NCBI RefSeq assembly: GCF_009914755.1
Contig: NC_060941.1
Length of the DNA: 64,000 nt
Origin: the human T2T-CHM13v2.0 reference genome, Homo sapiens
Reading direction: 5' to 3' (one strand)
The notes beneath the pieces are model-generated. The model saw only the letters and a list, made by a program, of their open reading frames with translations, did no database searches and was not told where the DNA came from. Shown here one piece after another: positions 1 through 16,574 of the stretch. Made by a program: the position numbers and the translations under genes. The number at the start of each line of letters is the position of its first letter. Within the stretch, counting starts at the first letter, position 1.

Positions 1-404
1 TGTCACAGAAGCCTTGTAGCTGTAGATTGTCACAGTCACCACCCAGGTGTCTCCAAGCAATACTGTGGGACTCTTAGCACAGAGCAGTCTGTGGATTTTC
101 CAGCACTCCTCGAAGAAATTGTTTCAAGGGCTTAAGTTTTCTTTCCAGAAACCTAGCTTAAAACCAATTCTCTGCCAGACGTGCTCTCCAGGAATTCTTG
201 ACTGTGAATATCCTTCTCACCCAGTTAATTTATGGCATAAGCACCCCCATCTTGAAACAGATTGAATTAGGCAAAATTAGAAGTCTGGATCATCTCTTGA
301 GCCTACCTCCAGGGACAAGAAGAATGATGAAGACATGGAGATTCCAGATAAAATTGGACAAAATGAACACAATTATTCCTCAACTGGAATTTTGGAAGGA
401 CTTA

Positions 405-760
<356 letters not shown>

Positions 761-1504
761 CAGTCCTTTGTCACTTCAACCCATTGACGTGCTTGGGGCT
801 TGTTGATGTATTATTCATGTTCTTTCTCATCCCATGGACGTAATGAAATAAGAAATAGATATCAGTTCACAAGAATAATGACTGATGATTTGGTATATGG
901 GATGCACAGACCAAAGACTCAAAAGTCAACTCTTATTAAAGCACTGTAATCCACATTAATATGACAGACCAGAATAACTCTGAGCAAGCCATTATGGTCC
1001 ATTATGAAAATAACGTTCATTTGCAAAATGAGGAACATACCAAAATGAAAGTTGTTCCAGTTCTTTCAGCTAAATTACACATTAAGCATGCAGACTTCCT
1101 CTTCCAACATTTTGAAATGGTTTAATGTGCACTCAGGCTGGCCAAGCCATGGATTTTCTAAGACTGCCACAAAGGTGAAGCCTAGAAAAATGAGGGCTGA
1201 TTGCCAGAGAGACATTCAGCCCTCCTGGGGTGTTGATCAGGTGGTCATGACTGTGCTTTGGAACTTCACCTTGGGGGATAAGATTGACACCAACAGGCAG
1301 CTGTGAATCCCAGCTGGCTTCATGCAAGAGCTTATTGGCTGCCCACCTCCAGTAGTTGGTTGTTAGAACTTGGGGATGAAGTGTAGTGGACATTTGTTGT
1401 TTTTGCCTTTCGAGCATTCATTCGTACCGTCTTCTGGTAACAGCCCCCTGAATTTCCTTTGGAAACCATCTCTTCACTATTCTCAGTCCATGCAGTAATA
1501 GCTA

Positions 1505-1740
1505 AGAATGGTAACTAACATACATTAAGCTCTAACCACATGGCAGGCACTGATCTGAGCATTTTGCATAATTAACTCATTTAATCCTCATACCAACTCT
1601 TTGGTACAGGTACTATTATTATTCCCATTTGAGAGATGTCTCAGATAACTTACAAATAAATATGTAATTTGCTCTTAAATGGCAGAACTGAGATTTACAA
1701 ATCCAGGTAGACTGCATGCAGTGCCTGTGATCCTAACCAC
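1505..1740 (-). mobile_element. MIR (representative; further MIR relics near 10480, 11950, 22800, 35290, 39450, 40620, 45070, 54200, 63150)
   Basis: actcatttaatcctcat..caact..ggtactattattattcccattt core motif. Confidence 0.7.
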
Positions 1741-2435
1741 TAGTAGTTGCAGTAGGGCTGAACTCTAACACAACTTCAGGCTCATGAACTAGGTCTGGCC
1801 AATTCAAGCATCATATATTACCCAAAGTAAGCCAATCTTGTCCAATGCAAACCCAAGGTTTTATGCTGGAACAACCAAACGTAGTTTCTTGTTTGTTTGT
1901 GTCTTCTGAGCCTGGACCTGAGACAGGAAGTCTTGAATGTCTGGGAACCACCATTTAGAGAGAACCTAAGAATAATGCCAATGCAGATAAGATCAAAGCT
2001 GAGAAGATATTGGTAACAATACCCAAGCACCTGAAATTATTACACTTCCGGGACTTTTCTGATATATGAGCCAGTCAATTCTCTTTTTACTGAAGCTAGT
2101 TTGACTTGGGTTTTCTGATATTTGCAACATAAATAATACAGAATTCAACGTGTTAGTCTAAGAATAATACTTTCCATTTATGTACTACTGTACAATTGCC
2201 AAAGCTTTTCATTTAATTACTTCAATATTGCATTTATTTATTCATCAATTTATTCAACAAATAAATATTTACAGTTTATCTAATTACAGTCACTGACATA
2301 AGTCAAGGTGATCCCCTCCCCGTTCCTCTCTTAGCTATAGTTGGTTCCCATAATTATGTGCCCATCATTCTTGCAGCACTTACCTCTAATTACTCTACAT
2401 GGATATCTATAACTTAGCAAAACATAGGCTTCTCT

Positions 2436-2729
2436 GGCTGGGTGGGCACAGTGGCTCACGCCTATAATCCCAGCACTTTGGGAGGCCAAGGATCACTTGA
2501 GGTCAGGAGTTCCAGACCAGCCTGGCCATAACATGGTGAAACCCCATCTCTGCTAAAACTACAAAACTTTGCCAGGCTTTGTGGCTCTTGCCTGTAATCC
2601 CAGTTACTCAGGAGGATGAGGCAGGAGAATTGCTTGAACCAGGAGGTGGAGGTTGCAGTGAGCCAATATCATACCACTGCACTCCAGCCTGGGCAACAGA
2701 GCAAGACTCCATCTAAAAAAAAAAAGAAA
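2436..2729 (+). mobile_element. Alu
   Basis: Dimeric Alu sequence. Confidence 0.92.
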
Positions 2730-3539
2730 TAGGCATCTCTGAATTAGAAGTTTATTTATCCTGGAATCTCTGATATCCACCTTGGCCCCTGACACTCATT
2801 CATATTCATTTCTTTAGGAATACTTACATGCTGGGTACTATGTGACTAGTCAACATCACCAGTTAGACACAACAGAAAGCAACTCTGGCTAACTTAAACA
2901 TAAATGAAATTCTGAAGGGATATCAAGTAGCCCAGAGGATCACCAGCAAGGTTGGAGAACCAACTTGTAAAATGGATAGGCAGGAACTAAAGGAATTTGG
3001 GCAGCCATAGCACAGCCAAGGTTATACCTCAGATGAGTCAGTTAGGGCATTGAGGCTGACACTACTGGACACCAGACGCTGCTACCAGGGCCACCGAAAA
3101 GAATCCTCAGCCCTCCCTGCTTCTCTGCATCACTGATTCCAGATTCTAAGACCCAGGCAGGAGCATCTGACTGGCTGAGCTCTGGGGACACGCTGTGCCC
3201 TATCTGTCAGATATTCTCTGACACATAAAGACTTTCCATCTTTCTTATTGGAAGGCAAATCCCTGCCTCTCCTGAAACTTACACCAAAAAAGGCTCCCCA
3301 AATATTTCTTATGTGGCCATGAAGTGACAATTGTCAATGATGAGCCAAAACAAAGCCCCAAAATAAAAGCAAAATACATGGTCAACATGGTCTTTGCCCT
3401 CATACAGCTTATAGATTAGTAAGAAAAGAATCCATAGAGAATCATTAATTAAATAATTAGGCAAGAAACAGTCACAGCTGTGATGAGTACAACGAAGGAG
3501 AGGAATGATGTACCCCAAGGAATATAATACTGCAAATGT

Positions 3540-4060
3540 GTTTCAGGTATCCGTTGCTGTGTAACAAACAATCCCGAAACTAGTAGTTTAAGACAAACAT
3601 GTATTTTTGTCTCTCATGGCTCTATGGACTGACTGGGCTCAACTGGGTGGTTCTGACTTGGCCTCTGTCATGCAGTTGCAGTCAGATAGCAGCTGGAGGT
3701 GGAGGCACATGAAAGTTCAGCATCATGGTCAGTTGACATTGGCTGTCGGCTGGAACTCAAGCGGGGCCTTTTGACTACAGCACCTACCCATGGCCTCTCC
3801 ATGTAACATGGGCTTCTCAGAACATGGTGGCTGGATTCCTAGAAGGGGAGGTGTCCCAAGAGCAAGCACTCTAAGAGAACCAAGTGGAAGATGCAAGACT
3901 TCTCATGACTGTCTCAGAAACTGCACAGTGTTACATCTGCCACATTCTATTGGCAAAAAAAAAAAAAGAAGGTCAGAGTAGACTCAAGGAAGGGGAACCA
4001 CAAAAGTACATGAATGCTGGAATGTATGGTTCATTGGGGATCATCTTTGGAAATTAACTC
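3540..4060 (-). mobile_element. Old MLT1 (J/K-like) LTR
   Basis: gttgctgtgtaacaaacaatcccgaaactagtagtttaagacaa ... tggcctctccatgt. Confidence 0.6.
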
Positions 4061-4164
4061 CCACAAAAATTTTGAAATAGAGGAAATGATCTAGTTTGGG
4101 GGGGTCAAGGAAAGTTTCCAAGAAAGTGCCATTGCTCTGAGATATAAGAGTTGAGTTGAAATTA

Positions 4165-4620
<456 letters not shown>

Positions 4621-5239
4621 AAAACAGGAGAGTTTGAGTAGAAATTCATTCTGGAAACCCTTCTATAGGCTATGCTAAATATTTTGTTCTTTACCTGAAA
4701 AGCAATGAGAATATTTTTAAGTGGCCCTCAGAAAATATTCATAGATTAAATGAACGAGTGAATGGCTTCAATCATTCTATGGATACATACTGAACATTGA
4801 CTATGGGTCAGGAAAAATAAGCGCTATGAATAAAATCAACCTGATAGAAGTGGCTGGAGGCAGAGGATGATACAAAAGCATGAGGCATGGCAAAATCTGA
4901 GGAATGAGCATTCCCAGTAGAACACAGCAAATGCAAAGGCCCTGTGGTGGAAGTCAGCTTGGTGTGCTCCAAGAGCAGAACAGAAGACCATCGTGGCTGG
5001 AGTACTACTGTCCTTGTAGGGAAGAATTCAAAGCCAGCTTTCTATAAATGGCAGGGGCACCAGCAATGCTTTCATATCAGGACAGCACACCACCAGGACT
5101 GCGGCTTCGGTGACTCTGGAATGTCTCTTCCTGCTAGAATGTTTGGAATGCTCTTTCTCTCTGGCCTGGCTCTGCCTGTCCTCGGCTATGAGACTTATCT
5201 TTCATCATGTACTTCCAAAGCTCAACAACCCCCAAGGAA

Positions 5240-5700
5240 GCAATTTGGCAGAACGTTCAAAGAACCTTAAAGATGTTCATGCCCTTTGATTCAGTGATTC
5301 CCCATCTAGGGATCTAGCCAAAAGAAATAATCATAAATATGGAAGAAGATTATCCCAGCATGATTTATAATAATGAAAAAGTGCTAGTAAATCAAATATT
5401 CAACCATAGGGGAAAGATTAAGTAAATTAATGTGCATCTTCTAGATGTGGGCATTAAAAACTATGTGGCTGAAAGACTAAAATAACAGGAAAGGCTTGTG
5501 TTATAATAGTAAGATTAAAAAGAGGATATAAAATAGTATATATACGATTTCTTCAACTATTTAAAAAATTATATGCAGGAAACAATGCTGACAGTAATCA
5601 TTTATTTAAGGTGAAATTACAGGTTATTTATTTTTCCTTCTTTTCTATAATCCTTCTACTTCCCATAATGAGGATTATTACTTTTAGAATAAAAAATAAA
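5240..5700 (+). mobile_element. Ancient L1M 3' fragment
   Basis: atgccctttgattcagtgattccccatctagggatctagccaaaagaaataatc. Confidence 0.55.
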
Positions 5701-6051
5701 TTTTATTCTTTTTAAGGAAAAAGAAAAAAGAAACAGCAATGGCTTCCCACTGCCTTTAGGATCATATCTAAACATCTAAGCAGGCAGTCAAGGACTTCAC
5801 AATCTGGCAATGAATTATATTTTCTACTTTAAAAAATTAGATTTGTTTCTTGTCTCCCAAGATTTTTTTCCTTTACCAGAATTTGATGTTTCAGCTAACA
5901 CATGTTTCATCTGCTTCCCCAGAAGACAATTTTTTTGACAATAGACATTTAAGCATGCTATCTTCTTCCTACCTGGGGTTCAAGGAAGGGAGGGAGGGAG
6001 GGAGGAAGACCTATCAACCTCCACCTGCTCTCATCTAAATCCTACCCATGT

Positions 6052-6357
<306 letters not shown>

Positions 6358-7020
6358 AAATCCTACCTATCTCTCCACCTCAAGTCATTCATTCCTCACA
6401 ATGCCTTTCCTGGTCATGGTGGCCATCTCTGATCTCCCTTTTCTAACCATCGATATTCATTATCATCACATCTGGCTCTACACTCACATATGGGGCTAAA
6501 CACGCCTGGCCTTACAGTGCTCCTCAGGCTCAAGGTCTTGTCTTATGCCCCATATAACTAATCATTCCTGATATGATTTTATTGCCTTCCAGGATCATCC
6601 CATCTTGACCCCTAACACAGTCCATCTTGTTAATCTCATAACGGTAAATGAATGTTTTATTAGTGAATAAAAGAGTAACTGTATCTGAACAAGTCTCTAA
6701 GACAAAACAGCATCTTTGGGAAATTTCATTCTACGTCTAGCTGAGGCCCAGCTCATGATGGGGCTGTCTTTTCTGTGCAGACAAATTTCCCTCCCTCCAC
6801 TCCAACCTCTCACACCCTCTCATCCCCACCCACCCACCACCACTTACCATCTCCAGCTCACAAGGATTTCAAATCAGGGCTGGCAATGTCAGAGGGAGAT
6901 TGACACATAAACTCCACACACAATCAGCCTACTCAAGAAAGGACGCTTTTGTTTTCTTCCCCATGGGCCCCCATAAATTATAAGTTACAGCCTTTCTTTA
7001 TTAAGTGAGCCTAAGTTTAG

Positions 7021-7365
<345 letters not shown>

Positions 7366-7758
7366 CAGAAGTGCTTTCTGTGGAAGCAGATTTGCCCTAG
7401 TTTTGAGCACATCCATGCCATAAAGCATGTGTCTCTGTTTTAATAAGCTATTCATCATCTCCCTGCAAAAATACTGAGGTGTCCAGCCCCACTTTGTGCT
7501 CTCACAGCACACACCTCTAAGTGCCTTTCTCTGTTGGCTAAGTTACTGCTTTGCCTCACTCTGTGAGCTCATTAGAGGGCCAAGCTGTATCTTACTGTCT
7601 TTGTTTACTCAGCACCAAGAACAGTGCCCGGCACATAGTGGCCCTGAGTTTTGTGCTTCGAGAGGGAGTGAATGAATGAATTATAAAGGCCTGTGAAAGC
7701 TCAGAAAGAGCTGGCTTCCAACTATGGATTTCCATAATAAAATTACTTGCTAATGCCC

Positions 7759-8219
7759 TGTATTCGTTTACTAGAGCTAATGCAACAAATTGCCACAAAC
7801 TTGGTGGCTTAAAACAACAGAAATTTATTTTCACACAGTACTGGAGGTCAGAAGTCTAAAATCAAGGGATTAGCAGGACCTGCCAAAAGCTCTAGAAGAG
7901 AATCCTTCCTTGCCTGTTCCAGCTTCTAGTGGCTTCAGGCATCCTTGGCATCTGGCTGCATAACTCCAATCACTGTCTTCATCTTCACATGGTCTTTTTC
8001 TTTTCTCTCTGTGTCTCTTCTCTGTGTGTCTTTTATGAGAACACTTGTCATTGGATTTAGGACCACCTAGATAATCCAGAATTATCTCATCTTGAGATCT
8101 TTAACTTAATTACATATGTAAAGGCCTTGTTTCCAAATGAGGACACATTCACAGATTCCAGGGATTAAGATGTATATACGTCTTTGCGGTAGGGGGGAGG
8201 TTTACCATACAATCCAATA
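7759..8219 (-). mobile_element. MLT1 (MLT1B/C-like) LTR
   Basis: cacaaacttggtggcttaaaacaacagaaatttatt...ctggaggtcagaagtctaaaatcaagg. Confidence 0.8.
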
Positions 8220-8262
8220 AGTGCACTTATTATGGTAAAGATATATTTTATTCTCACCGTAA

Positions 8263-8550
<288 letters not shown>

Positions 8551-10037
8551 AGTCAATTTTTTAAATGGGTTGGATGGATGGATGAATGGATGGACGGGTG
8601 TTCTGTCACTACCCATAACCCCTAACACACTTAGTTGGTGCCTGCTAACAAAATGTGGCTGAGAACAATTTTTCCCAAGTGCCAATGCTATCTTTTCTCC
8701 CACGACCACTTAAGATTGATACTCCTGGGATCACATCCACATTATCCCTCCATAATATCTCTACTAATGTAAAACACTGAAGCAGCCATTTGAAGAAAGG
8801 CTAGAGTGTTTTACACAAATGTCTTGGGGTAGTAACTACACCAAGCGTTTGTTGAATTGATTCAAATCAGCTTAACTCAATTCCAGAAACATTGACTATG
8901 CACCTGAATTTTGCCCACAGAACTTGCCTGAATAAATTGTTTCCTCTCCTGGGCAAGCAACCTAGATCAGCAACCCTGAGCTGTCATCTCATAAATCCTA
9001 AATTTTACTTAAAGCCAGCCCTATAGCATGGTACAAAGTTCATGTCTTCCTTCACAATTTTGATTAGCCTCTCAGCTTAACAGGTGGACAAACAATAGCA
9101 AAGGCAAAATCAAACCTCATTTGAGTTGTTGACCCAGAGCAAGAGAGGTGATTTTCAGAGAGTGGAGAAGGGCAGAAGGAATGCTATGCCACTCTTGACA
9201 AATGGCACCAATTTGGAGCCGACTTTCCAACGGGGAACACTTGTGTAGAACCCAAGGACCCAGGTACCAACAGAGCTTGTGTGTCACTTGTAAATGTGCG
9301 AGGAATGGGCATTTCAAGCTCAGTCTGACACACCCTGTGAATGCAGCTATTTTGGCAGCATCAATCCCAGTGTCTATGGAGGACAGAACAAACTCAAATT
9401 AACCCTAGTTACTTCCTTGAGCTCTGCTCTCTGAGAAGGAGTCAGCCAGGCAGACAGCTGCCACTGCAAATTCCACTCCCTGGGAACAATGTACTTTATT
9501 TTTGGAAAGAGGGAAAAGCAAAGGAGAAGAGAGCAATGCCGACAAATATACATTTGCTTTTCTATTTATGCAAAGCCCCTATCCCTTCATCACCTCAGTT
9601 ACCAGTTGTTTAGAGCAACCTTAGAATATAGACTTGTAAATTGTCACTGGCCTGCATCCCTGCAGAGAGTAACACAAGTCAGCTTCCAGGATGGCACATC
9701 CCATTGCTGTAAAGAGCTGTAAAGAGCTACAAATAAAAGGATTATTTCCATGACAGGCTGTTGGCCTGGATGGTTATAATTAATGCTCCTATACAATAAA
9801 CACTCTCTCTGGATCCTTTCTATGTAAGAGTCACTCTCTATAGTAATAGTATCCTGATTATGGGCTCTTCATCATACAAGAAAAAAAGGTGAAGAAAGCA
9901 AAACTGCCCCTCCTCGCCATTATTTTCCTACCATTTTCTACATCTCTATAGTTACTACTTCCCATGTAATTTCAAACATCATTTTAATCATGCTTTCTAA
10001 AATATAACCCTACATGAAAAGCCCACTGGTGGACACA

Positions 10038-10203
10038 AGGAAAGAAGAAAGGAAGGGCGAGAGGAAGGGAAGGGAAGGAGGCAGGAGGGAGGAAGGGAAG
10101 GAAGAGAGGGAGGGAAAGAGGAAGGGGGGAAGGGGAGGAGGGTGGGGGGAGGGGAGGAGGGTGGGGGAGGGGAGCAGGGTGGGGAGGAGGGAGAGAGGAA
10201 GAA
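10038..10203 (+). repeat. G-rich polypurine low-complexity tract
   Basis: Almost pure A/G with repeated ggggaggagggtggggga units. Confidence 0.9.
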
Positions 10204-12285
10204 GTCAAAGACAAAGAAAAAATTTTAAAACAGCTCTACAGGGACAAGGACTGTGTCCTGCTTGCCACTACATTCCCATAACCTAGCAGGCCTAGTAGCC
10301 CTGGTACATAACAAGAATTAATTATTTAATGATAATGGGAATATATGCAAAAATGATCTAATAAATGGAGAAATAGGCTTAGTTCAAAATTGTCTATATG
10401 ACAGTTTCCTTCTTCCACTGTTTGGTTCAGAAGCCATTTTGTCACTAATTTACTTTTAGGGAAAAGACTGAAAATGAACATTTAATGAACACCTACTATG
10501 TACCAAGTATTTTGACTTTTTATCTCATGTAAAACCACATGATAACCCAAACTATTTGATAAATGATACACACATGCTGAGAGAGGTTAAGTAACTTGCC
10601 CATAGTTACACTGCTAATAAGTGGAGAAATGGGAATTTAAACACAAACCTATCTGACTATATAACCAAGAAAATATGACTGTGTCCTGCTGCTTCTCAGG
10701 TGATCATGAGGGTGTGTCTGCTTCAATATAGCATCAGCTCCTAAGATGGGACTGTGATTCACTGGGTCTCCTTGTAAGTAAATTTTACTATGACAAAGCC
10801 ATTGGGATATTTGGAGAAATTATTCATAATGAGATCTTATTTGTTATGCATAACACTAAGAGGCAGTTTAAAAAAAAAAGATACTAGCGCCGTTTGATTT
10901 ACTCCCTGTGGGATTTCTAAAGAAGAGTCATCTGAGAAGTCAGAACCACATATGTATCGCTTATTTATTGACTATCTCTCTTCTGGAATCCAAAAATCCA
11001 AAAGAAAAGGTCATATTTGTTTTACTCACTATTCCAAGCCTAGTACCCAAGAACTATGCCATGGCACTCAATTTTTAATGAATGAAAGAGATGACAATGA
11101 ACGCTCCATTGATTAGACTTCTGTATCTGCAGACTGGGACTCCAGACAGACTAGGATGATAACATGTGAAACTGTGGGGCTTTGCTGAATCAAAAGCATG
11201 GTCTTGGGAAACAGCTGAAGAAAATGAATTCATACTATGGAGAATTATTTTCTCCCACTCAGCTATATTTCACATTCCAACCACGTGAAAGGCCCTGAAT
11301 CAGATGGAAAGTAGCATTTACTCAAAGTTCAAGCCATCTTTAGGGGCAACCCAGCCTCCTCCAATTTCCCAAACAACTACGCATGGTGGCTGTGGTCAGC
11401 AGAAGGCTATGAAAGAACTTTGATCCACCTGGAAGGACCAGAGATTCAGGATCCTAAGCCAAAGCCAATGAGCTTTCACACATGGAGATAAGCTGAAAGA
11501 ACCCATGCTTTATTTGGGGCATGGCCTATGGAGACTCCAAGAAACTTAAAATCTTTTCTCATTTGTCACCAGAAAAATGTGGCCCAAGGTCACCCAGCTC
11601 ATTAGTAGCAGAGCCAAGACTTAAACTCAGGCCTTCTGACACCTTCTTATCCAAAATTATTTTTACTACCCCAGAAGAAGGTGTGTGGTAGAGGCCAACA
11701 TAACATGAAGAAGGGAGTAGACAGCATACAGTCATCACTCTCATGGACTAGATGGTCACTGGGATTCTGAGATAAGTAAAGGACAAAGAGAGGCACATAC
11801 ATGCATTCCCTGGATTCTGGGGAAACCTGTGTGTCAGGCTAAAGGAGGCAGAGAAGTGAGTGTTTTGAGTTGTATGTAAGCCAGGCATAAGTGTCTCTCT
11901 TGAAGGGCAAGGGAAGTGGGGTGCTGAAGAAGAAACAGTACAGACCTGGGGTCAAGAATATAGGTGTGAACCCTGGGCCAGCTGTTTGCTAGTTCTATGA
12001 CCTGTGGCAAGTTATTTAACTTCTCTGGGTCTCGGTTTTGTAATCTGTTCAGTCAGTCGATTGAACCACAATCAGACTTCTGAACAAGGTTCCTCAGTCC
12101 AGCACCAATTAGGTGGACTGTCATAAAAGAAGACCTGGGCCAATCAGATTTTTTCTGTCTAGTATTTGAACAATAGAAATACCAGGAGAGTAAAGCATTT
12201 AGCAACAGATAGCCAGAGATCATGAGACAGAAAGAAACCAGAGGGACCATGATGCATCACAAACAAAGTGAAATTATGAGAGTCA

Positions 12286-12900
<615 letters not shown>

Positions 12901-13779
12901 GATGAGGTCAAGAACATAAAGGACAGAGGCTGAGGAAATCAGTCAGTACGAAGAGAAGACCAAGCCATGGGGAAGAGATGAGTCATCAAAATGGTGGACA
13001 ACCAGAGTCAAGATCCAAGACCAACTCCTGAGACCAACATTCCTGGAACCAGCCAGGATCCAAATGACGTTGAATTCCACTTCTGTCTCTGTATGGCTCA
13101 GATTCTGCTGGACTTCTTCATCTTACCAAGGCCAGCTAAATAGCTTTCCCTGAGTTCCCATGCACATGTAAACTTATGACAAACCTATGAGTAACTTAGA
13201 TGAATCTCTGTTTGCATCCAAACAAGTCTGATTAAGTCAACCTCTTTGCTTTATTTAACATATAACCTGGATTTCCTAGGATCAGCTCAATTCCATGAAT
13301 TTGTCCTAATTCTTGAAGGGCATGCATTAAAACTATGAAAAAATGTGATTTAGTTTTCACACTTTTTTATGACTTTTGCTGTAAGTAAATTCACAAATAA
13401 GAATGGCCTGGGTTTGGGCTTAGGTAATATGGTTCTCTGAATGATGTACCAAGCAGTTGGCTAGGCTCTGTGGGGTGAAAGGATGGGGAGAAAGTGCATA
13501 CAGCTAGACAAATTTCCCTCCTTCCACTCAAAAATGCTTTCAGTTGAGATCACTCAACAGAACCCTAGCAAAAAAAATCATAAAAAGAACCAACGTAAGC
13601 TCCATAAGGGCAGAGATCATGTTTGTCTTATTTGTTATTTATGACCAGTACCTGGCACCAAGCCTGAACTTAAACAGCACTCCAAAAATATTAACTGAAG
13701 GAAAAAAAGAAGGAAGAAAGAAAGGGAGAGAAGGAGGAAAGAAGAGTAGAAGCCATGAAAATTTGCCTCTCAGATCTAC

Positions 13780-14180
13780 TACTACCAAGTGCATAATTGA
13801 CTGATGGCTCCAGCTGCCGAGCTCCAAATGCAGCACTCTGTGTACAGACCACACATCTCACAGCTGCTCTCAGTCAAAGGGTAAGCATGGCAGTGATACT
13901 TGGGCATATAGTTCCTGCAAAACATGGGACTCTTTTAATATGGACTTTGGTTCAAGGACTTTCCTTTGGCCTAGCTGAAACTTTTTTAGAAGTGCATTGC
14001 TGTCTGAGACTCTATGTATCCAACCCTCTCTCCTCTCCCTTCAAAGGTGTCAGACCTGCATCATGGTCTAATGGCTCTTCCAGTCTCCTCTGGCTCCCTC
14101 TCCTTTTGTTACTTACAGTAATTTCTCCCAGTAGGTCTAAACCTGTCTTGGCATCTGCATCTCAGAGTACCTAGCCAATA
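13780..14180 (+). mobile_element. LTR16-like ERVL LTR
   Basis: caaaacatgggactc..ggactttggttcaaggact..ttggcctagctgaaactt ... cctgtcttggcatctgc. Confidence 0.65.
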
Positions 14181-15057
14181 TAAGGACAGAGGGATTAAGA
14201 GAAAGATGGGGGTTGCTGAGTGTGGCTTTGTTTGAAACTAGCCCATCTCAAAGTTCCTGAGCTTGGAGTTGGGAGGAAGGTTTTTTGGTTCTGTCCCTGT
14301 GGTATGGCTAAAGAAAGAATGACCTGCTTGATACATACACCCAGATATACCCTCTGCCCTCATCTATATGCTCTGTGACCAGGGAGGCTGACCTTTCTGG
14401 CCTGTGTCTTCTGGGCTTTTCTACTGGCTGGCTTCAGGTTGGGTTTGGCTCATGGAAGGCACTAATAGGAGATTGTCCATTAGGGAGAGATTGTGAGCAG
14501 GACATTTCTTCGTCACCTTTCCCTGCTTCACCCCTGTGTATCTGCCAATATTCACATTTTCTCGTGACTACAGCTCCCACCAAATGATTGCCTTTGTATT
14601 GTTCCAGGTGAGATTTCAGCAACCGCTTGGTAGAAAAGAGAGTTGATCGTATTGTTAGGTTAATTACATTAATGGCCAATTAATGGCCTCCCTATGGCTA
14701 TCTTTTGCCTGTGACTTCATAGTCCTCTCCTACTCTGTATGTTGCCTTGGCTATGTGGGAAAACAGCTCCACAAAACAAAAACAAAAACAAAAACAAAAA
14801 CACTTGCATGTTTCTACTTCTACCATGAGATGGTGATAGCCTCACAATATGACTGAAAGAGCCTGCAGGAGGATCATAAGGAGAGTCCGGTTTTCTCAAC
14901 CAAGGCTTCATGTACCAGCCTATAGCTAGCCAAGTCCCAAGCATATGAGAATGCTCAACCAAGAACAGCAGAGCCACCTTCCAGACCCACAGCTGACTAC
15001 AGAACAAAAGTGACCCCAACTGAGACCACAAGGACTATTTGGTAAACCCTCAATTCA

Positions 15058-15384
<327 letters not shown>

Positions 15385-15931
15385 CTATGTATTGTTTTAA
15401 GCACTGAGCTTTGGGGTGACTTTCTACCAACATCATTGTGGCAGCAGGTAACCGATACAACGTTTCAATTAGTTTTCATTTCAGGGAGAAAGTAAAGCCT
15501 GCCCAGCCAGGTTGGCTTTGTGGTAAGGAGGAAAGGGAACCTGGTAAGGGAGGAGTTGGCAAGAAGTCCCTGTTTTATGACGTTAAGGGACAAGTTTCCA
15601 CTCCCTCAAAGAAAGACCAACAGCCCAAAGACCTGGTCCTGATAAACTTCCTCGGCCCAAACCAGATCTAAGTCAAGTATTAGGGGGCCTAAGAAAGTCA
15701 CTCTCTAGGGAGGAGACAGGAGCACAACTTTGAGGCTCCTGGGCAGAGAAGAACTGAAGGTCAGGTTTCAAATGAGGTTGTTCTGAGAATTCTGTCAATG
15801 CAAAAGCAATACCCATGGGACTAGGCACTGGTAAGAAAAGCCAGAGTGCATACAGATTCTACCCCACTGGCTGAGGATCTCAGACAAACCTTTCCACGTG
15901 GTCAGTAGGCTGAGGAGGGGGAAAAGCCCTG

Positions 15932-16297
15932 TGTATTAGTCCATTCTCACACTGCTATAAAGACATACCTAAGACATAAATTAAGAGGTTTAATTGGCTC
16001 ACAGGTCTACAGGCTGTACAGAAAGCATGGCTGGGAAGGCCTCAGTAAACTTACAATCATGGTGGAAGGTGAAGGGGAAGCAGGCACATCTTCACATGGC
16101 AGCAGGAAAGAGAGAGAATGAAGGAGGAAGTGTTACTCATTTTAAATAACCAGGTCCCATGAGAACTCTATCACGAGAACAGCAAAGGGGAAGTCCATTC
16201 CCATGATTTAATCGTCTTCCACCAGGTCCCTCCTCCAACACCAGCGATTACAATTTCACATGAGATTTGGGTGGAGACACAGAGCCAAATCATGTCA
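15932..16297 (-). mobile_element. MST-family MaLR solo LTR
   Basis: tgtattagtccattctcacactgctataaag ... gacacagagccaaatcatgtca; TSD CCCTG (15927-15931 / 16298-16302). Confidence 0.88.
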
Positions 16298-16574
16298 CCC
16301 TGGGACTGAAAATCTCTGAGCAGAATTAGATCCAGAGAAGCGGCTACAGATCAAATCCAACCATAGGCATGGATAAGACAGGAATGATCACACCTCCCTG
16401 TGAGTTTTCCTGGTGATGCCCTCTCTCCCAGAGATGGTAATTTATAATCTATAAATACTACTGGGAAGTATATTCAGAGATTTAAAAAAATAAGGCTAGA
16501 AAAGAAGTTCTCACTAAAGTCAAGAGGGACTATATATGCATCTAGCTGGAAGGGTAAAGCCACAAGTTAAGGCT

